Shown here piece by piece: positions 31,171 through 47,820 of a DNA stretch of 64,000 bases. Numbering within the stretch: the stretch's first letter is position 1; each line of letters begins with the position of its first letter. The notes below the pieces were generated by a model, which made no database searches, was not told where the DNA came from, and saw only the letters and a program-made list of their open reading frames with translations. The DNA comes from the human T2T-CHM13v2.0 reference genome, Homo sapiens. The position numbers and the translations under genes were made by a program. The stretch lies in the NCBI RefSeq assembly GCF_009914755.1, contig NC_060934.1. One strand, 5' to 3'.

Positions 31171-31582
31171 CGCAGTAAGAGAATGAAAAAAATGAATGTG
31201 AACTATAAATCACAGAACTATTGATAGTAAATATTATGCCTCATGAATTTGGGGACTGCCTTTTTTTCCCTCCTCCAGAGCTTATTTCACAATTAATTTT
31301 TCTCATGAAAGCTGCAGTGAATGAATTATTTGGAAAGAGAGACTGAAAGGATCTCAGCATTGAATAAAGTTTTTTTCACTAATGAGCCTCTTTCCAGACA
31401 CACTTATTCCAGATAGGGAAAAGAGAAAAGGCTCTGCATTTGTACTGTTACTAAAAACAATCTCTTTAAACCTTGGTAACCTAGCTAAAATTGTTCTGGA
31501 GATAGATAGGGAAGTAGGATTGGATACCTTAACAAATATAGGAAAGAAAACAGAATAGTATGACTGGAAGTGAATGTCATTC

Positions 31583-31904
31583 TTTTATTTATTTTATTTA
31601 TTTATTTATTTTAGAGACAGGGTTTCACTCTGTCATCCAGGCTGGAGTACAGTGCAGTGACATGATCCTGGTTCACTGGAGCCTCAAACTCCTGAGCTCA
31701 AGCAATCCTCCTACCTCAGCCTCCCAGGTAGCCAGGACTAGAGGCATGCACTACCACACCCAGCTAATTTTTTTATTTTACTTTTGTAGAGATGAGGGTC
31801 TTGCCATATTGCCCAGGCTGGTCTCCAACTCCTGGCCTCAAGCATTCCTACCACCTTGGCCTCCCAAAGTGCTGGGATTACAGCTGTGAGCCACTGCCCC
31901 GGCC
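31583..31904 (-). mobile_element. Alu (AluJ-like) with (TTTA)n tail
   Basis: Antisense dimer, CTCCTGAGCTCAAGCAATCCTCC. Confidence 0.95.
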
Positions 31905-31914
31905 ATGAATGTGA

Positions 31915-32251
<337 letters not shown>

Positions 32252-33428
32252 TAGCAAGAGAATGTACCATTTGTTAGGGTATATGTTTGTTAAGTTTATG
32301 ATAGGATTAATGAAAAACATCCTCATTTTTAAATCCTTATGGAAGTTTGAAGGCAGTCACAATTATATGAGTGATATTTTTCTTCCTTTATATGTGCTTT
32401 AAATTTTTTAACTGGTTGTAAAATCTCAATGATAGCTAAAATATTTTCTTTCAATTAGGTTAAGGTAGATTTTGTCTTTATTTACCATTTTTTATGAGAT
32501 CCATTGTGAATAGCTTACATGTTCATGAGTTGTATCTAAGAATAAGATACATTGCTATTAGACAATGAGAAATCAGGTAAATAGGAACAATGATGTTTTC
32601 AAGAAAATTAAAAGGTTGACATTTTAAAAATATATGTAGGAAATGCCCTGTAAGAGGTCATCTTTTCTGTCTTCTTTCATTAAGAAAGAAAACACATTCT
32701 AAACTATTGGGTCTTGTTTTCACTGCATGGGCTAGAACTTCCAACAAGATTCCTTTATTAGCCTGCATTTCAAAAACAATTTGCTTTTGTCCATTTTTTG
32801 TTACTGTTGCTCTGTTAGCTATTTCTTTTTCCACTATATTTTAAACCCTTTTAGGATGGAGATTTTTATATTATGTACTTTAAGTATAGATGAAACTGTT
32901 CAAATAAATGGTACATTACAACAATAGTGGCATAAATGGGTATTTTAAATATCTTAAAAGATGTTATTGTTTTGATCATTTCATGGAAAAAGGTTACTGT
33001 TGATTCATAACAACATGAACTTATTTTTATGTCATTGATTACACATTTGCACTAAACTAATCCTTTCATACAACTTTTGAGGTAAATGAGAGGTTAAAGA
33101 TAAAAATTTTTGTTATAAAATTGTTCATGTTTACAAAACTAACTGTTAAGGGTTTATGCATACTTACCCCTATTACTGAAGTAAATTTACCAGTTTCGTT
33201 CATGTTGTTATATTTACAGAGGCCACTATGACTGAAAATCAGGCGAGATGGCATACTCACTAAAACACTGTGAACAGGGAAAACAGTAGCAATCAGGATG
33301 GAATTATCCAACAGTGGTTAGAGATTATTTTATGTAATGAGCAGACCAGCTAACGTTAGAATGTTATATAGCCATTCATAATTATTTTCAAAGTACTTTT
33401 CATTTCATTTGAAGATGTTTTAATATAT

Positions 33429-33613
33429 CACAGTTTCTTAACCTCAGCATTATTCATATTTTTAAGTGGATAATTCTCTGTTGTGGGAGACTCTCCTGTG
33501 CATTGTGGGATGTTTAGCAGCATCCACCAGTTGTGACAGCCAAAAATGGCTCCAGATATGGAATTGACATATGTCACCTAGTGGGCAAAACTGCCACTGG
33601 TTGGGAACCACTG
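33429..33613. mobile_element. MER20 hAT MITE
   Basis: GGATAATTCTCTGTTGTGGG...CCTGTGCATTGTGGGATGTTTAGCAGCATCC...GGTTGGGAACCACTG. Confidence 0.85.
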
Positions 33614-33666
33614 TGTTAAGTAAAAAGGGAAGAAAAATATATATGGAGAGGGCATGAGGCTAAAAA

Positions 33667-33847
33667 CTGTGCTATCTCATATGGTTATGTGTGGCTATTT
33701 AAATGTAAATTAATTAAAAATTAAATTTCTCAATACACTAGCCACATTTCAAGTGCTCAGTAGCTATGTGAATGCTTATCTTATTCTGTGCTACCTTACT
33801 GGGCAGCATAAAAATAGAACATTTTTATCATCGCAGAGTTCTGTTGA
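33667..33847. mobile_element. MER3/MER33-type hAT MITE
   Basis: TGTGGCTATTTAAAT...CACTAGCCACATTTCAAGTGCTCAGTAGC...ATAGAACATTTTTATCATCGCAGA. Confidence 0.85.
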
Positions 33848-34542
33848 AGTGATCCTTTACGAGATATAGTCCGCTCAGCATCTCCACCTGAAAATGGCTG
33901 TGCTATTTTCTATTTGCTGCTTCTATGTATTTTATGAGAGAAATTCTATAATGATATTTGGAAATTCACAAGTATCTTAGGATAGCTCTGGCTTAAGAAT
34001 ATTCTATATAAAAATACTGTTGCTACTTGTAGAAAAGAAATTACTGTTGCTGATCAATCTGTCACAATCTTTATTATTTCAAAATTCCTATGTTTACAGA
34101 GAATTTCTAAAAATTGATGAAAAATACTGATATAGTACACTTTGCAAATATTTTTATACTCACGTATTCTGCACATCAGGTGTTATAATCCATATTTTTT
34201 AGCCTGTAAATGAAGTATGACTTACAAGTTATAGTTTTTCCTGGTCTTAGAATTGATTAAGACATTAGGATTAGAATACAGAGCTGAAGGTTATCACTAT
34301 GTTGCTTTTCCTAACAATTAACAGTGTCATTGACTCTGCAGAATCAAAACTATCAAGGAAATCATAAAAGTAAAAGTCATAGGACAAATCTAAACAAAAT
34401 AGGTTTATGCTAACCAATAATTCAAAACATAATCTTAGGAAATATTCAGATATATTAATACCGAGAGCATTAACACTTTCAAGTAATGATGTGTTCATTT
34501 TAGGAAAGAATTATTCTCACCTATAAATAAAGAAATAAAGTG

Positions 34543-34824
34543 CTGTAATCCCAGCACTTTGGGAGGCCGAGGTGGGTGGATCATGAGGCCAGGAGATCAA
34601 GACCACCCTGGCTAACACGGTGAAACCCTGTCTCTACTAAAAATACAAAAAATTATCCGGGCGTGTTGGCGGGCGCCTGTAATCCCAGCTACTCGAAGGG
34701 AGGCAGAATGGCGTGAACCCAGGAGGCGGAGCTCGCAGTGAGCCAAGATCGCGCCACTGCACTCCAGCCTGGGCGATAGAGCGAGACTCCGTCAAAAAAA
34801 AAAAAAGAAAAGGAGAAAAAAAAA
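34543..34824 (+). mobile_element. Alu (AluY-like, 5' truncated)
   Basis: CCTGGCTAACACGGTGAAA and AGAATGGCGTGAACC. Confidence 0.9.
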
Positions 34825-34826
34825 TT

Positions 34827-35143
<317 letters not shown>

Positions 35144-35800
35144 TTAAAGGTAGGTCTTATAAGGAAGCCAGTTTTATTCCATATATTGAGGAAAACTTTA
35201 TAACGTCTAAAATTGTTCAACTTTGAAACTGCCAACATCATGAGTGCAGTGTGTATACCATCACTAGAGGCATAAAGGCAGGGTAGAACCCTAGTTGAAG
35301 ATCTTAAACTATACTGCTTGTATGCTTCCTGTGGAGGATCAGATAGAAAATGTGGAATGCACTTTCACCAAAACTGTGAAGTGGGCAAACTGACTCTTGG
35401 AGAGGCCCACAGGAACAACAAGCCTAGTCGTTCTTGAGTGTTGACATGAAGAAAGTGCAGATATGGAAATAAAATAGAATATTTGGTGATATTTGCCTAA
35501 TGGATACCGTTATTGTCATGATCAGTTCTTCACTGGTTTGTGGCTGTGGTCTTTATTTTCTGCTTAGGAAGCTGATCAATCTCACTATTGCTGAACACAC
35601 TTCCAAGTTGTTCATTCAGTCCTTTTTATTTGCATTATATTTTTGGTTATTAATTTTCATCAACCGTAGTTTTTTTCTGGTTTTCTGAAATATAGGGACT
35701 TTCTGTTTTAACTTTGTATACCTAAGTTAATTTTGTAAATAGAAATGATAATGGTTTTAGGATGTTTAATGGATCGTGAGTGAATGAAAGTACTCTTTAA

Positions 35801-36147
<347 letters not shown>

Positions 36148-36375
36148 TGGAAGTATGTAAATCTTAAAGAACCTGAAAATATTAAGGTGTGAAATAAAGT
36201 TATATGAGAAAAATAGTCAGAAAGTTCTGTGTAGAGATATTCTAAAAAAAACCTGATCTTTCCTTGCTAAGTAAAAATGAGAAATTTAAATTGGAAATAA
36301 ACTTTTTTGTCCACAAAGATTATGCTTATTATGATGAAATAATTCTTAAGAATTTCTAGATGTTATATCTTGAAG

Positions 36376-36688
36376 TATTATTATTTTTTATTTTTTTTTT
36401 GTTTTTTAGAGACAGGGTCTCCCTCTGTTGCTCAGGCTAGAGTGCAGTGGCACAGTCATAGTTCACTGTAACCTCAAATCCCTGGGCTCCAGCGATCTTC
36501 CTGCTTCCACCTCCTAAGTAGCTAGAACTATAAGCACACACCACCACACCCAGCTAATTTTTTATATTTTGTAGAGATAGGGCCTTGTTATGTTGCCCAG
36601 ACTGTTCTTAAACTTCTGGCCTCAAGTGATCCTCCTTCCTTGGTCTCCCAAAGTGACGGAATTACAGGCGTGAGCCACTACAACCAGT
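36376..36688 (-). mobile_element. Alu (AluJ-like)
   Basis: GAGACAGGGTCTC...CCTGGGCTCCAGCGATC...CCTCAAGTGATCCTCC. Confidence 0.95.
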
Positions 36689-37249
36689 TTTGAATATTTT
36701 ATGTGGTAAATAGGATGCAAATACTGCCTTGTTTCAATTGGTTTCCTATAAGTTTAAGATACAGATGTATTGTCTCTGTGTAAATCTGTACCCAATTGCC
36801 TCAGATTTTTGCTGGTGACAAAGTCTTACAGTGCTTTAACTAAAATAGCTCACCTAAAACTAGGATCAGAAAAATATAGGATAGTAAGCCATTTTAAAAG
36901 TAATGGTTACAATAGAGACCTTGAGTTCCTGAATGACTGATAAATATAAAGGAAATACTGAAAATGAAATGACCTATAACCCTACAAGTGACACTGCCTA
37001 GACACACTTTTTAAGTGTATGATGAGGGCAGGAACTGTATGAGAAAGGAAAGCAGTCAGTTTTTCCTTTGAGGTCTAAAATTATGCTCTCCCACTGCAAA
37101 GTATGCCATCACTGTCACTTGGCTTCTCTTTTATTCTTTCCTCACCTTTATCTCTGGGTTTTTCTTTTTCCTTCATTCTCAATAAAAGTAGGAAGAGAAT
37201 GGTATGGTCTCTGTCATGTGAAGAGAAATAATAATTTTTAAAGATTAGA

Positions 37250-39720
37250 AATATAATCTATTGTTTCAAAACTAACAGAAGAGAGGAAAGGAGGCTAAAG
37301 AGATACAGAAGGCCAAAATAAAGGGGTCAAGTAGGTGAGAGAGACATAAGGGGAAAAAAAGATGGTAGAAATGGGTTCAAATATATCAATAATAACAATA
37401 AATATCAACAAATTTTATCTTCCTGTTAAAAGACAGACTAAAATACTGGAAGGAAAAGAACTATAAAGTATAAAACATGATTGAAAGATGAAAGGATATC
37501 TGAATAAATGTATAGTTTATGTTAATGGGTCAATATTAATTAATGATTATCAGTTCATCTCCTAAAAAGTCTATAAATTTAATGGAATTCCAACAGGATT
37601 TTTATTGTTGTTTTCATGGAACCTGATAGGCTAATTACCTATAAAGTTCATATGAAAGAGCAAAAGCCCCAGAATCAAGAAGACAACTGTGAAGAAAAAG
37701 GAATAAAAACTTTCACTATTACATGTCATGATTTATTATAATGTAGGAATTACAACCTTGTAGTATTGTTGCTGTGATTGACAGTAGACTTAATAGAACA
37801 TGTAACAAATCCAGAAATTAACCCAAGCTTGCAAAGAATCTGATATGACAGTGGTAGAATTCAAAATCAATGGGAAAGTATACCTAACTTAATAAATAGT
37901 GTTGTGATAATTGGTTATCTCTCAGAAAAAAAAATTAAAAAATAAAGATCTTTACTACACAGCAGACTCAAAAATAAATCGTAAATGTATTATCTGCCCA
38001 AGTGTAAAAAGTACAGCACTTAAACTTTTGGAAGAAAAGGTAGGAGAATATCACAATTTGGTAGAGAAGAATTTTTCAGACCCTACAACAAACCATAGAG
38101 GAAGCAACAGATAACATTTGTCTACATGTTTTATAGCCTACCATGTATCTGATGCTCATTCTGCATCAGGCATTATTCTAAGCAGTTTCAAACTAATTTG
38201 TTTCTGTTTCACAACCATCTTCATGACACAGGTACTGCTGTTATGTTCATTTCACCAATGAGAAGCCTCAGGCTTAGAAATGTGAAATAACTTCCCAAAG
38301 TGGTCACACAGCTGCCAAGTAGCAAAGCTATATGGCAGTTGAGCTCCGGACATAGACCTTAATGTGCTATAATTTACACCTGTTATTTTAAATCCTCCTT
38401 GTTGAGATAGAATTTATATATAATAATTTCTATGTGTTTCATCAGATGTGTACACTCACATATCATCACCCTATCAAGATTCAGTTATTATCCACAGTGG
38501 TGGTTGAATGTCCATTTCTATTACATTCACCATTCCTGATAATAATTTTATCTCTCTCTATGTGAAAAGTATCTAAATTATTTAAAATATCCTCAGGATA
38601 TAGAATTTTAAAAGCTAATTAGAAACTCATATTGCTGTTTTCTCAATTCCTTTCTAACTTGGGGCAAGGAAGGAGGGTGCAATGGGAGAAGCCAGCACTA
38701 GGATTGTTGCCCAGTGAGAGTAAAAAACGTCAACAGTTACATTGCTTAGATAACTAATAAAGTATAATAATCAGAAGATAAAAAGAATTCTTTAAAATCA
38801 GTAAGAAAAAAAATTAACCTAAAAAGAAAAGTGGACAAATGAACTGGTATCTCATAGAAGAGGAAACCAATGGCAACTAGACATATAAAAAGATAGACAA
38901 AACTCATTAGTTTTCAAGAAAATGTAAATTACAACCACATTGAAATTCCATTTCACACTTACTAGATTGCAAAAATTAAGAAGTCTGAAAATACCAAGTG
39001 TTGGCAAAGATGTGTACAGCAACAGGATCCTTTTCATGATGCCAGTAGGAGAGTAAGATGCTGGAACTGCTTTGGAAAACAATTTGGCCCTAACTTATAG
39101 TGTTAATCACTCACATACCCTATAACCCAGCAATCCCACAACTAGCTATGTACCATCAAAGAAATTTGGCATATGCATCAAAAGACATTTGCAAGGATAT
39201 TTATAGGAAAATCCTTAAAGCAAAAGTCTATGAAAAATAATAGTTTACGTGGACAGAAGAATTGGTAAGTAAACATTGGTTTATGTACAAAATGGAATAT
39301 TATACAACAGGAACTACTACTTAGAAGCCTCAACTTGGATGACCGTTAGGAAAGTTATAGTGTTTGTGTTTTGTTTTTTTTAAAGCAAGCCAGATATGAT
39401 TACCTATGGTATGATAGCATTTTAAAGGCCCTACCATAGGCAAAACTGAACAATGTATAGTTTAGTAATGTATACATACACACATATATATATTTAGCAA
39501 GTCTATTTTTCAGAAAAGACAATAATGATAAATTATAGGATAGGGGTTAGCTCTGAGAGTCTGGGAGAGGAGAGGGATCTGGAACAATGATATTTGATAT
39601 TCTGCTTCTTAAGTTGGATGCCGGATTCACTGGGCTCATTTTACTGTGTGTGCTTCATAACTTAGAAGTGTGTGTCATATATTCTTTTCCTTTAATCAAT
39701 GATTACATTAAAAACATGTT
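37250..39720 (+). mobile_element. Fragmented old L1 (L1ME-like) ORF2 and 3' UTR, interrupted by MIR and other sequence at about 38115-38750
   Basis: CTATAAATTTAATGGAATTCC, ATACCAAGTGTTGGCAAAGATGTG, ACCCTATAACCCAGCAATCCCAC, AATGGAATATTATACA. Confidence 0.7.
38125..38370 (-). mobile_element. MIR SINE
   Basis: CATTTCACCAATGAGAAGCCTCAGGCTTAGA...GGTCACACAGCT. Confidence 0.7.
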
Positions 39721-40569
39721 TAACACTTGCAGTGAGTCAGGACCAAGAGATCTACAGTAACTAAAGGGGCGAGCTTAGAGAAGCAGGGAGCAGGTAGCAA
39801 CGGAAAGGAGAGGCTGATCCTGTCCCAGCCCATATGCTTCTTCCTGGTGTAGAGGCCAGTTTCAGTGCTGAGCCAGGCCACAGATGGAGGCAGGGAAGGG
39901 GCTGCACCTGTCATGATGAGTATGTGAACAGAAGGCCAGAACCTCTATGAAATCGCCAGGCAGGCTGTCTCTTGTCCTTTCTTTTTCTCAAAGCTGGTAT
40001 GAATCCAAAGAAGAATGTCCAATTTCTTATTTACCCAAGGGATTTTTGAGGTTCTGGAGGTACATACATAGATAGCCACTTAAAAGCTTTCTTCCCCCCC
40101 CCACCCCCATTGATTTCTTGTCTATTCAGATAACAGTTGTTTTCTTGTCTATTCATTTGATACATGGGATATTGCTATAAAAAGAAAATGTCTAAAAAAT
40201 GTGTAAATTAATGTGCCTGCACTATAGCTCCTTCCAGTTTAAGACAGGCCTAAGAGATAGTGTTGATATTGAAATGTAGAATAATATTCTTCACTCCACA
40301 GCTTCTGCTTCTTATTTTTCATGATATTTCTTGCCTATTTTGTTAGTTTAGCCTATCAAAAATGTCACATTGCTTGAAACTCCCTAATACCTACATAAGA
40401 GTAATTTAAATTTTTGAGTGATATTTCACAGCAATTCCCCATAATTAGTAAGAAAATAACATTAGCCCAGAATCTGGATGGTTCTAAACCTATCAGTGGG
40501 AGATAACATCTAATATTAACATTTTATACTTGATGTGCAGCTCTGATTCTTGATGCACACAGAGTGTCA

Positions 40570-40953
<384 letters not shown>

Positions 40954-41650
40954 TCAACATTGCTGTGGGGGTGATCTGGCTAAGACATCTGTCACCTACT
41001 GATAGCCAGGATTTATTTGGCCTGTGAGACTATCCCCTTGCTTCCTTGTCATTCCATGTGCTGTGCTCACTTGATCAGTAGAGGACATTCACAGCCTCAC
41101 TGCCCCTCAAGAACATAACCGTGAGACATTAGCTAGTAGATTTGCAGATCTGTTCACAAAGATTTCTAGTTAAAGAATGCAAAGTAACTAAATTTACTAG
41201 ATTTCACTTCAAAAGTTATCTATACCTATACTGCACTCCTACAGTTGCCCGAAATACCAACAGATTGCCAACTTTAGGTTAAATAACACTTTTTTTTTTT
41301 GTATGAAGAATGCTAGTCTACAGATGGGCCCTGAAATCAGTGGCCATTTACTTCTTTTACTCCTAACCAGATTCTTGTTTAACTATAGGTTTATTAGGGT
41401 CTTATGTTTTGGTAACATTTAATCTGTCAAACCAATCCTAAAACTTTCTGATAAACAGGCAAAATTTTCTAACCATACTGACCCTTTGAATTTTGTAAGA
41501 TGGGGTAATTTAAAATTATAGCTTTGAGCCAGAAGAGCAGTTTTATAGCTTTACCAATGTTGGAAATTGATGCTGTCATTTAATTTGAGAAACATGGTTG
41601 ATAGACCATATATTTTTCATGTAACTTTAAGCTCTTAGAAAATCTTAAGA

Positions 41651-41776
41651 ATCCAGGTACAGTGGTGTGTACCTATGGTCACAGCTACTCAGGAGGCTGA
41701 GGTGGGAGTATTTCTTGAGCCTAGCAGTTCGAGATCAGCCTGGGCAACATAGCAAGACCCCATCTCTTTAAAAAAA
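41651..41776 (+). mobile_element. Alu monomer (FLAM_A-like)
   Basis: Single arm CAGCTACTCAGGAGGCTGAGG...GTTCGAGATCAGCCTGGGCAACATAGCAAGACCCC. Confidence 0.85.
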
Positions 41777-41889
41777 TGTTAAAATTATGTTCACTGTTAC
41801 TGAACACATGATAAATTAAGATTATCCATTGTCATAGAGACGCTTTGGGTTCTTCATTTAGAATTAGAGCTTACAAAGTATTATACCAT

Positions 41890-42025
41890 ATTTAAAAGCT
41901 TTAAAAACCCTTTCTCAGACTTCATTGCCAAAGATTCTGATTTAACTGATTTGGGATGGCACCTGGACATACTTTTTTTCTTAAAAAAACTCTCCAGGTG
42001 ATTGGGTTTGAAAAACATTACACTA
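41890..42025. mobile_element. MER5-family hAT MITE fragment
   Basis: AGATTCTGATTTAACTGATTTGGG...CTCTCCAGGTGATT...TTTGAAAAAC. Confidence 0.65.
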
Positions 42026-42882
42026 GAGGATATGAGAGAAAACCTGGTGATGATTTTTTGAGAAATAGTAGTGTAGTGTCAGGAAACGGTCACAGAGCTG
42101 AGCTGCCAAATACTGTTACCATTTTAAAACGCAACAAAAATTGTAAAATATTCTCAGTTCGATTTTCAGTGACTTTATGATATTAAAACAAGAAAATTTG
42201 AGTATCTAAAAATTATCTGAAGCTTAACAGTAAGCAACATTAGTGGCCTATAAGGAAGTGATTTTTCTAGACAAACTTGATTGGTCTTTTAAGATTGAAT
42301 TACAGAAGTATTAGGAGAAAAGAATGTAATAGAGGGACTGTCTGGATTTTATTACAACATTCTCTACAGTACCTCATGAAATTCAACTTGGAAATGCAAT
42401 TTATATTTCCAGTTAGTATGAGAACAAAGTCTAGCAAACAGCAAAATAACATATTTGTGAGATGGCTGTACAGCACATTTGTAGCAATACACATTTAAGC
42501 TGCCTTGAAAAGATCATTTGTAAAATTTGTCAGTGTGGAGCTTTATGTTTGTTTTTAATTAAAATCATTTCATGCCTTTTAATGTATCCACAGTATTAAG
42601 ACTGTAAACTAGAATGTGTTCTACATCTTGGTTAAAAAATAATATGTAATAAAAATCTGAAAAGGATGGGGAAGGGAGAAGGGAGGAAGGAAGCTTGAGG
42701 GCAAATTTTATCTACCATAGCAGAAAGACAGATGCTTTTTAGAATTGGAACACCAGCCTTTCATAATCCTTTTCTTAAAAGATTATGTTGGACCCTGACA
42801 TTTCTACCGGTTAAGTACAATTTATTTATTCCTTCAGTTTTACTTATCACCTGTTAAATTTAAGCAAAATGTAATTTAAAGG

Positions 42883-43025
42883 TTTTTTGTTTTGTTTTGT
42901 TTTTTTAAATAGACAAGGTCTCACTCTGTCTCCTAGGCTGATGGCAAACTCCTGGTTTCTAGCCATCCTCCCACCTCAGCCTCCCAAAGTGCTGAGACAA
43001 CAGGCATACACCACCATGCCCAGCT
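42883..43025 (-). mobile_element. Alu monomer (FLAM-like)
   Basis: Single antisense arm with T-rich tail. Confidence 0.85.
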
Positions 43026-44191
43026 TAAGGATTTTTATTTTAAGTGACATATATTTTTAAGATCCCATTTCTATGTAGTCTATCAATCTTCTTTCTCTAC
43101 TAATAATATGAAATTAGATAATCAAATGTTATCATTGATTATTTCTGGGCAGTGGATCTAGGGGAGAGTTTTAGATTTCTTTATTCTTTCTGGCAGTGTT
43201 TCTATAATAAATATGAATCATCTCTACTAAAAGCATTTATTTTAAGCCATAAAACATGTTACTTTTTAAACAAATAAAATAATTTAAATTGAAGACTAGT
43301 TCTAATTCATCTTCCCTCAGAATTATCAATACCTTTATTTTATAGTCTCAATTTTTCATATCAACCATGATTAAAATCTTTAAGTGCTGGCCGTAGAATG
43401 GCGTATGTCTACAAAACAAGCTGAAATATTAGCATGTGTCTAACCGTATGACCTTAACCTTTAAAAGTTATTTCTAGGAGGATAGGGGTGTGATTGACTC
43501 TTTTCAGATGGTTCATATAGTTCTAGATTTTCCATAGAACCCTAGAATTTGCTTACTAGGTACAATTCATTTTTCTTAAATAATCAGATGAAAATGAGAC
43601 AGTACAAAAGGATAAAGTTTCCATCTATTCTATATTAGGACAAAAACAAAGTGGTAGCATTTAAACCCAAATAAGCGGTGTATATTAGCTACAGAAGTAT
43701 AACCATCTACCAGTATACAATTTGCTGAACAGAAATTGATGACCTTTGTTCTAACATACTTATTCTATCCAGAGAAGTTTTTTTTTTGAAGGTTAATAAA
43801 CTCTCCAGTTATATTAACGAAAGAACTGAGTACTTAGTTTGTTATTTAAAGGTCAACCAGTAGCATTTTACGTGCAGTTTAAATTCTTCAAAATCTGATA
43901 ATAAAGATATCTCAACAAAGGATAGGCAATATTTCTTTTTTCCATTTAAAGTGGCCCTGCCCGTAGCAATGGGATAAAAGCAATATTAAATTCCTTCTTC
44001 CAGCCAACTTTGAAATTGTTTTTATGAAATTATAACAACTTTTAGAATTCACATTTTTCCATTTTTATGCATAAGGTAAAACTTACTAATATTTCTATGT
44101 CATATTACTTCTAGTTTACAGAATTGAGAGCTTCATAAAATGCAAAACACATCATTATCCTAATTCATTATCCTAATTAGAGTTGGTATAA

Positions 44192-44515
<324 letters not shown>

Positions 44516-45269
44516 CAACATCACTAATTCTAAGTAGTTGTATGACTTTACTGCATCTCTAAAATGAGGACACATCTGTTCTTCATTAACTCACAGACAT
44601 TGCTGAAAGGCACAAATGTGATATTCTGTATAAATATCCTTTATATCCTTATGATACAAAGAACTATATTATCTACAAAGAAGTATATTATCTATATAAA
44701 TTTTGTATCAACTATACAAATACAGCACTATATTACCACTCCTTGTTCCTTTAAAACAATCCATTTGCATTACAGCAAGGCACTAATCAGTATTTCAGAC
44801 TCGCAACCCTTTTGTAAGAACATTATTAGAATTATAAAGGAATGAAAGATGATGAAAAATAAGCTTCTGGAATTTTTATATTTTGGAGTTTTTTCACATC
44901 TTAATATCATGTAGATGCCAATTTGTGGACCTTAAGTAAGGTGACTTTAACAGTTTGACCGTAAGTCTAATAGATTAATAATTCTAACATGTCTAACTTA
45001 GGTACGACCTCAGCTCTTTACTATGTCTCTCTGGGCACGTTCAAGGTACAGGATGCCACAGGTATCATCAGAGTAGCATTGTGCAGCCCTGCAGTTCTCT
45101 CCTCTAGCTATTCCTCATGCCATATTGCTGCCACGTTTCTCTATGTTTTATTATACCCCAGTGCTCCTCCCCAGCCATTCATCCAGCAGTAATGATTCAC
45201 CCCTGGCTTTCTGTGACCTCAGGAGTCTGTGTTCACTGCCACCAAGGCCACCTGGAGTTTCTTGCTGCT

Positions 45270-45355
45270 TTCAGTTATCTAATACTGTGTAACAAACCAC
45301 CCAATAACTTAGTGACTTAAAATAATAATCATTTTATTATTTCCCACAAATCTGT
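45270..45355 (-). mobile_element. MLT1 (MaLR) LTR fragment
   Basis: CAGTTATCTAATACTGTGTAACAAACCACCCAA..ACTTAGTGACTTAAAATAA. Confidence 0.7.
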
Positions 45356-45437
45356 TCACATGAAAATTCTGTTCTACATTGGTTTTCTTTAATCTTTCTC
45401 ATGTTTTAATAACATGGAAAACTTGTATTGTTTGGAA

Positions 45438-45641
45438 TTATTTATTTATTTTCTGACACAGGGTCTCGCTGTGTTGCCCAGGCTAAAGTACAGTGGCACA
45501 GTCATGACTCACTACAGCCACCATCTCCTGGGCTCAAGCCATCCTTCTGACTCAAACTGCCAAGTAGCTGGGATTACAGACTTGCACCACCATGCCCCAT
45601 TAAGTTTTTTTTTTTTTTTTTAGAGACAAGGTCTAACTATT
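45438..45641 (-). mobile_element. Partial Alu (AluJ-like)
   Basis: Right arm, linker and a short piece of left arm. Confidence 0.9.
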
Positions 45642-45809
45642 GTGTTTTAAAACCATAAAAGCAAGTCAAAGAACTGTCAGAATATTTAGCAGTTTGTCCA
45701 TTTCTTTTGTCACATTTTCATTTTCTAGTCTCAACTTACGTAAATTGTGTGTACAGAAGATTCAGTTCTGCCTTCCTATCCACAGTAAAGAAAGGGATTT
45801 TTTTCTTTT

Positions 45810-46740
45810 ATTCTTTCTGCAAATATTTATTGAATACCTACTACGTATCAGGCCTGGGGATGCAGAGCTAAGCATGACACAGTTTCCGTTTTAAAGCAAT
45901 ACCCAACACAGAGACCACAAACGGGAAAGTCAGTGAACATAATATCGTCTGATGACAGTAATACTAGTAATACTTACAAAATGTGTACCGTGTGCCTGGC
46001 ATTATTATATGGTTTAACTCATTTAATGTTCACAGCAAGATGTGTACTATTATTGTTACGTTTTTAGAGAAAAGCAAACAGACACAGAAAGGTTAACAAC
46101 TTGCCCAAAGTCACACTGCTACTTCAAGTATGTACAAAATGTTATGAGAACATGGAGAAAGGGTTCCTCACCTAGAGGAGGCAAAGATATTTTCCCAGAG
46201 AAAATGAACTTTCAATTTCATCTTTGAAATTATCTTCCTTGTAAAAAGGCCCCAGTCAGAGAGAACAAAATATGCCAAGGCAGAAAAAAATAATATGACT
46301 CTCTTCAGAAATCAAGCAGTTCAATATCAGTGGGGCACAGAGATGCAAAAGATAAAACTGGAGAAGTCAAAGGAGTTAGATCAATTTGGTCTAACCTGCA
46401 TAGCCTATGAGGGGATTTTTCTTTAATGAGAAAGCAAGGAAAGGTTGTTGAAATATTTTAAGTGATGATTGATATTAACAGGGGGTGTAAGGAAAGTGAA
46501 TGAGGGCAGACAGTTCCCATGAAAAATAAGAAAGGTCAGAATTAAGGCTGAAGTGAGTATTTGGGACATGGGAACAGATATGAAAGAGATTTAGGGGAGG
46601 TGGGAGAATTTGACAAAACTTGACGATTGGGTGTGAGGAGGAGGAAGGAATTTCAGATTTCTGGCTTGGATCCTTGAGTGGGAGGTGTCAAACATGAGAG
46701 GAAGAAAAGGTTTAGAGAAGGAATGATGAGCTTAAACAAC
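45810..46740 (-). mobile_element. L2 3' remnant with nested MIR (about 45960-46120)
   Basis: CAAATATTTATTGAATACCTACTA L2 end; MIR GGTTAACAACTTGCCCAAAGTCACAC; CAGATTTCTGGCTTGG. Confidence 0.7.
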
Positions 46741-47309
46741 AGCAAGTGTGTTGTTGGGGAAAGGGTGAACAGAGCACTTTAGATAAGGAAGGTACACAGA
46801 AGCAGATGGGATGTTAGGGCAATGCTTTCATTTTAATTTGGATACTGGGTTTGCATGTGTTCATTTTGTTGTTAGACTTCATAACTTGCACATATTACAT
46901 ATATTTTCTAGTATGGATAATATGTAGTAAGTTTTTAAAGTAACATTTGGTAAAACTGCTATTGGAAAAAAATACCCTATGTTAAGATTTTGAGAAGACG
47001 ACCCAATTCTCCCCGTATGTATATGCATTAGGGATTAGTTAAATGTCACCAAAGCAAAGACTATTTGATTTATATAGCTCTTCTTCATATGTTAAAAATG
47101 CAAAATACAAAGGAACAGTGATTTCTATGACCAGCAGAAAAAGTTATCATCTGCAACTCTGGGGTATTTATTGTGATTAGATTAATTTCTGTGGCTATCT
47201 TATTTTTTAATAAATACAAAGAAGACAGAATTAGCTATTTGAAGCAAATGAAAAACTTTGCTTTTTAAATTGTTTGTGGTGATTATGGGTACTTGTTTCT
47301 TTGTTTTAA

Positions 47310-47812
<503 letters not shown>

Positions 47813-47820
47813 AACTTCTG

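Noticed and set aside
39720-40000. Slightly GC-richer unique patch with an AP-1 motif (TGAGTCA)
   Set aside because: A single 7-mer is expected by chance; an enhancer cannot be called from sequence alone.
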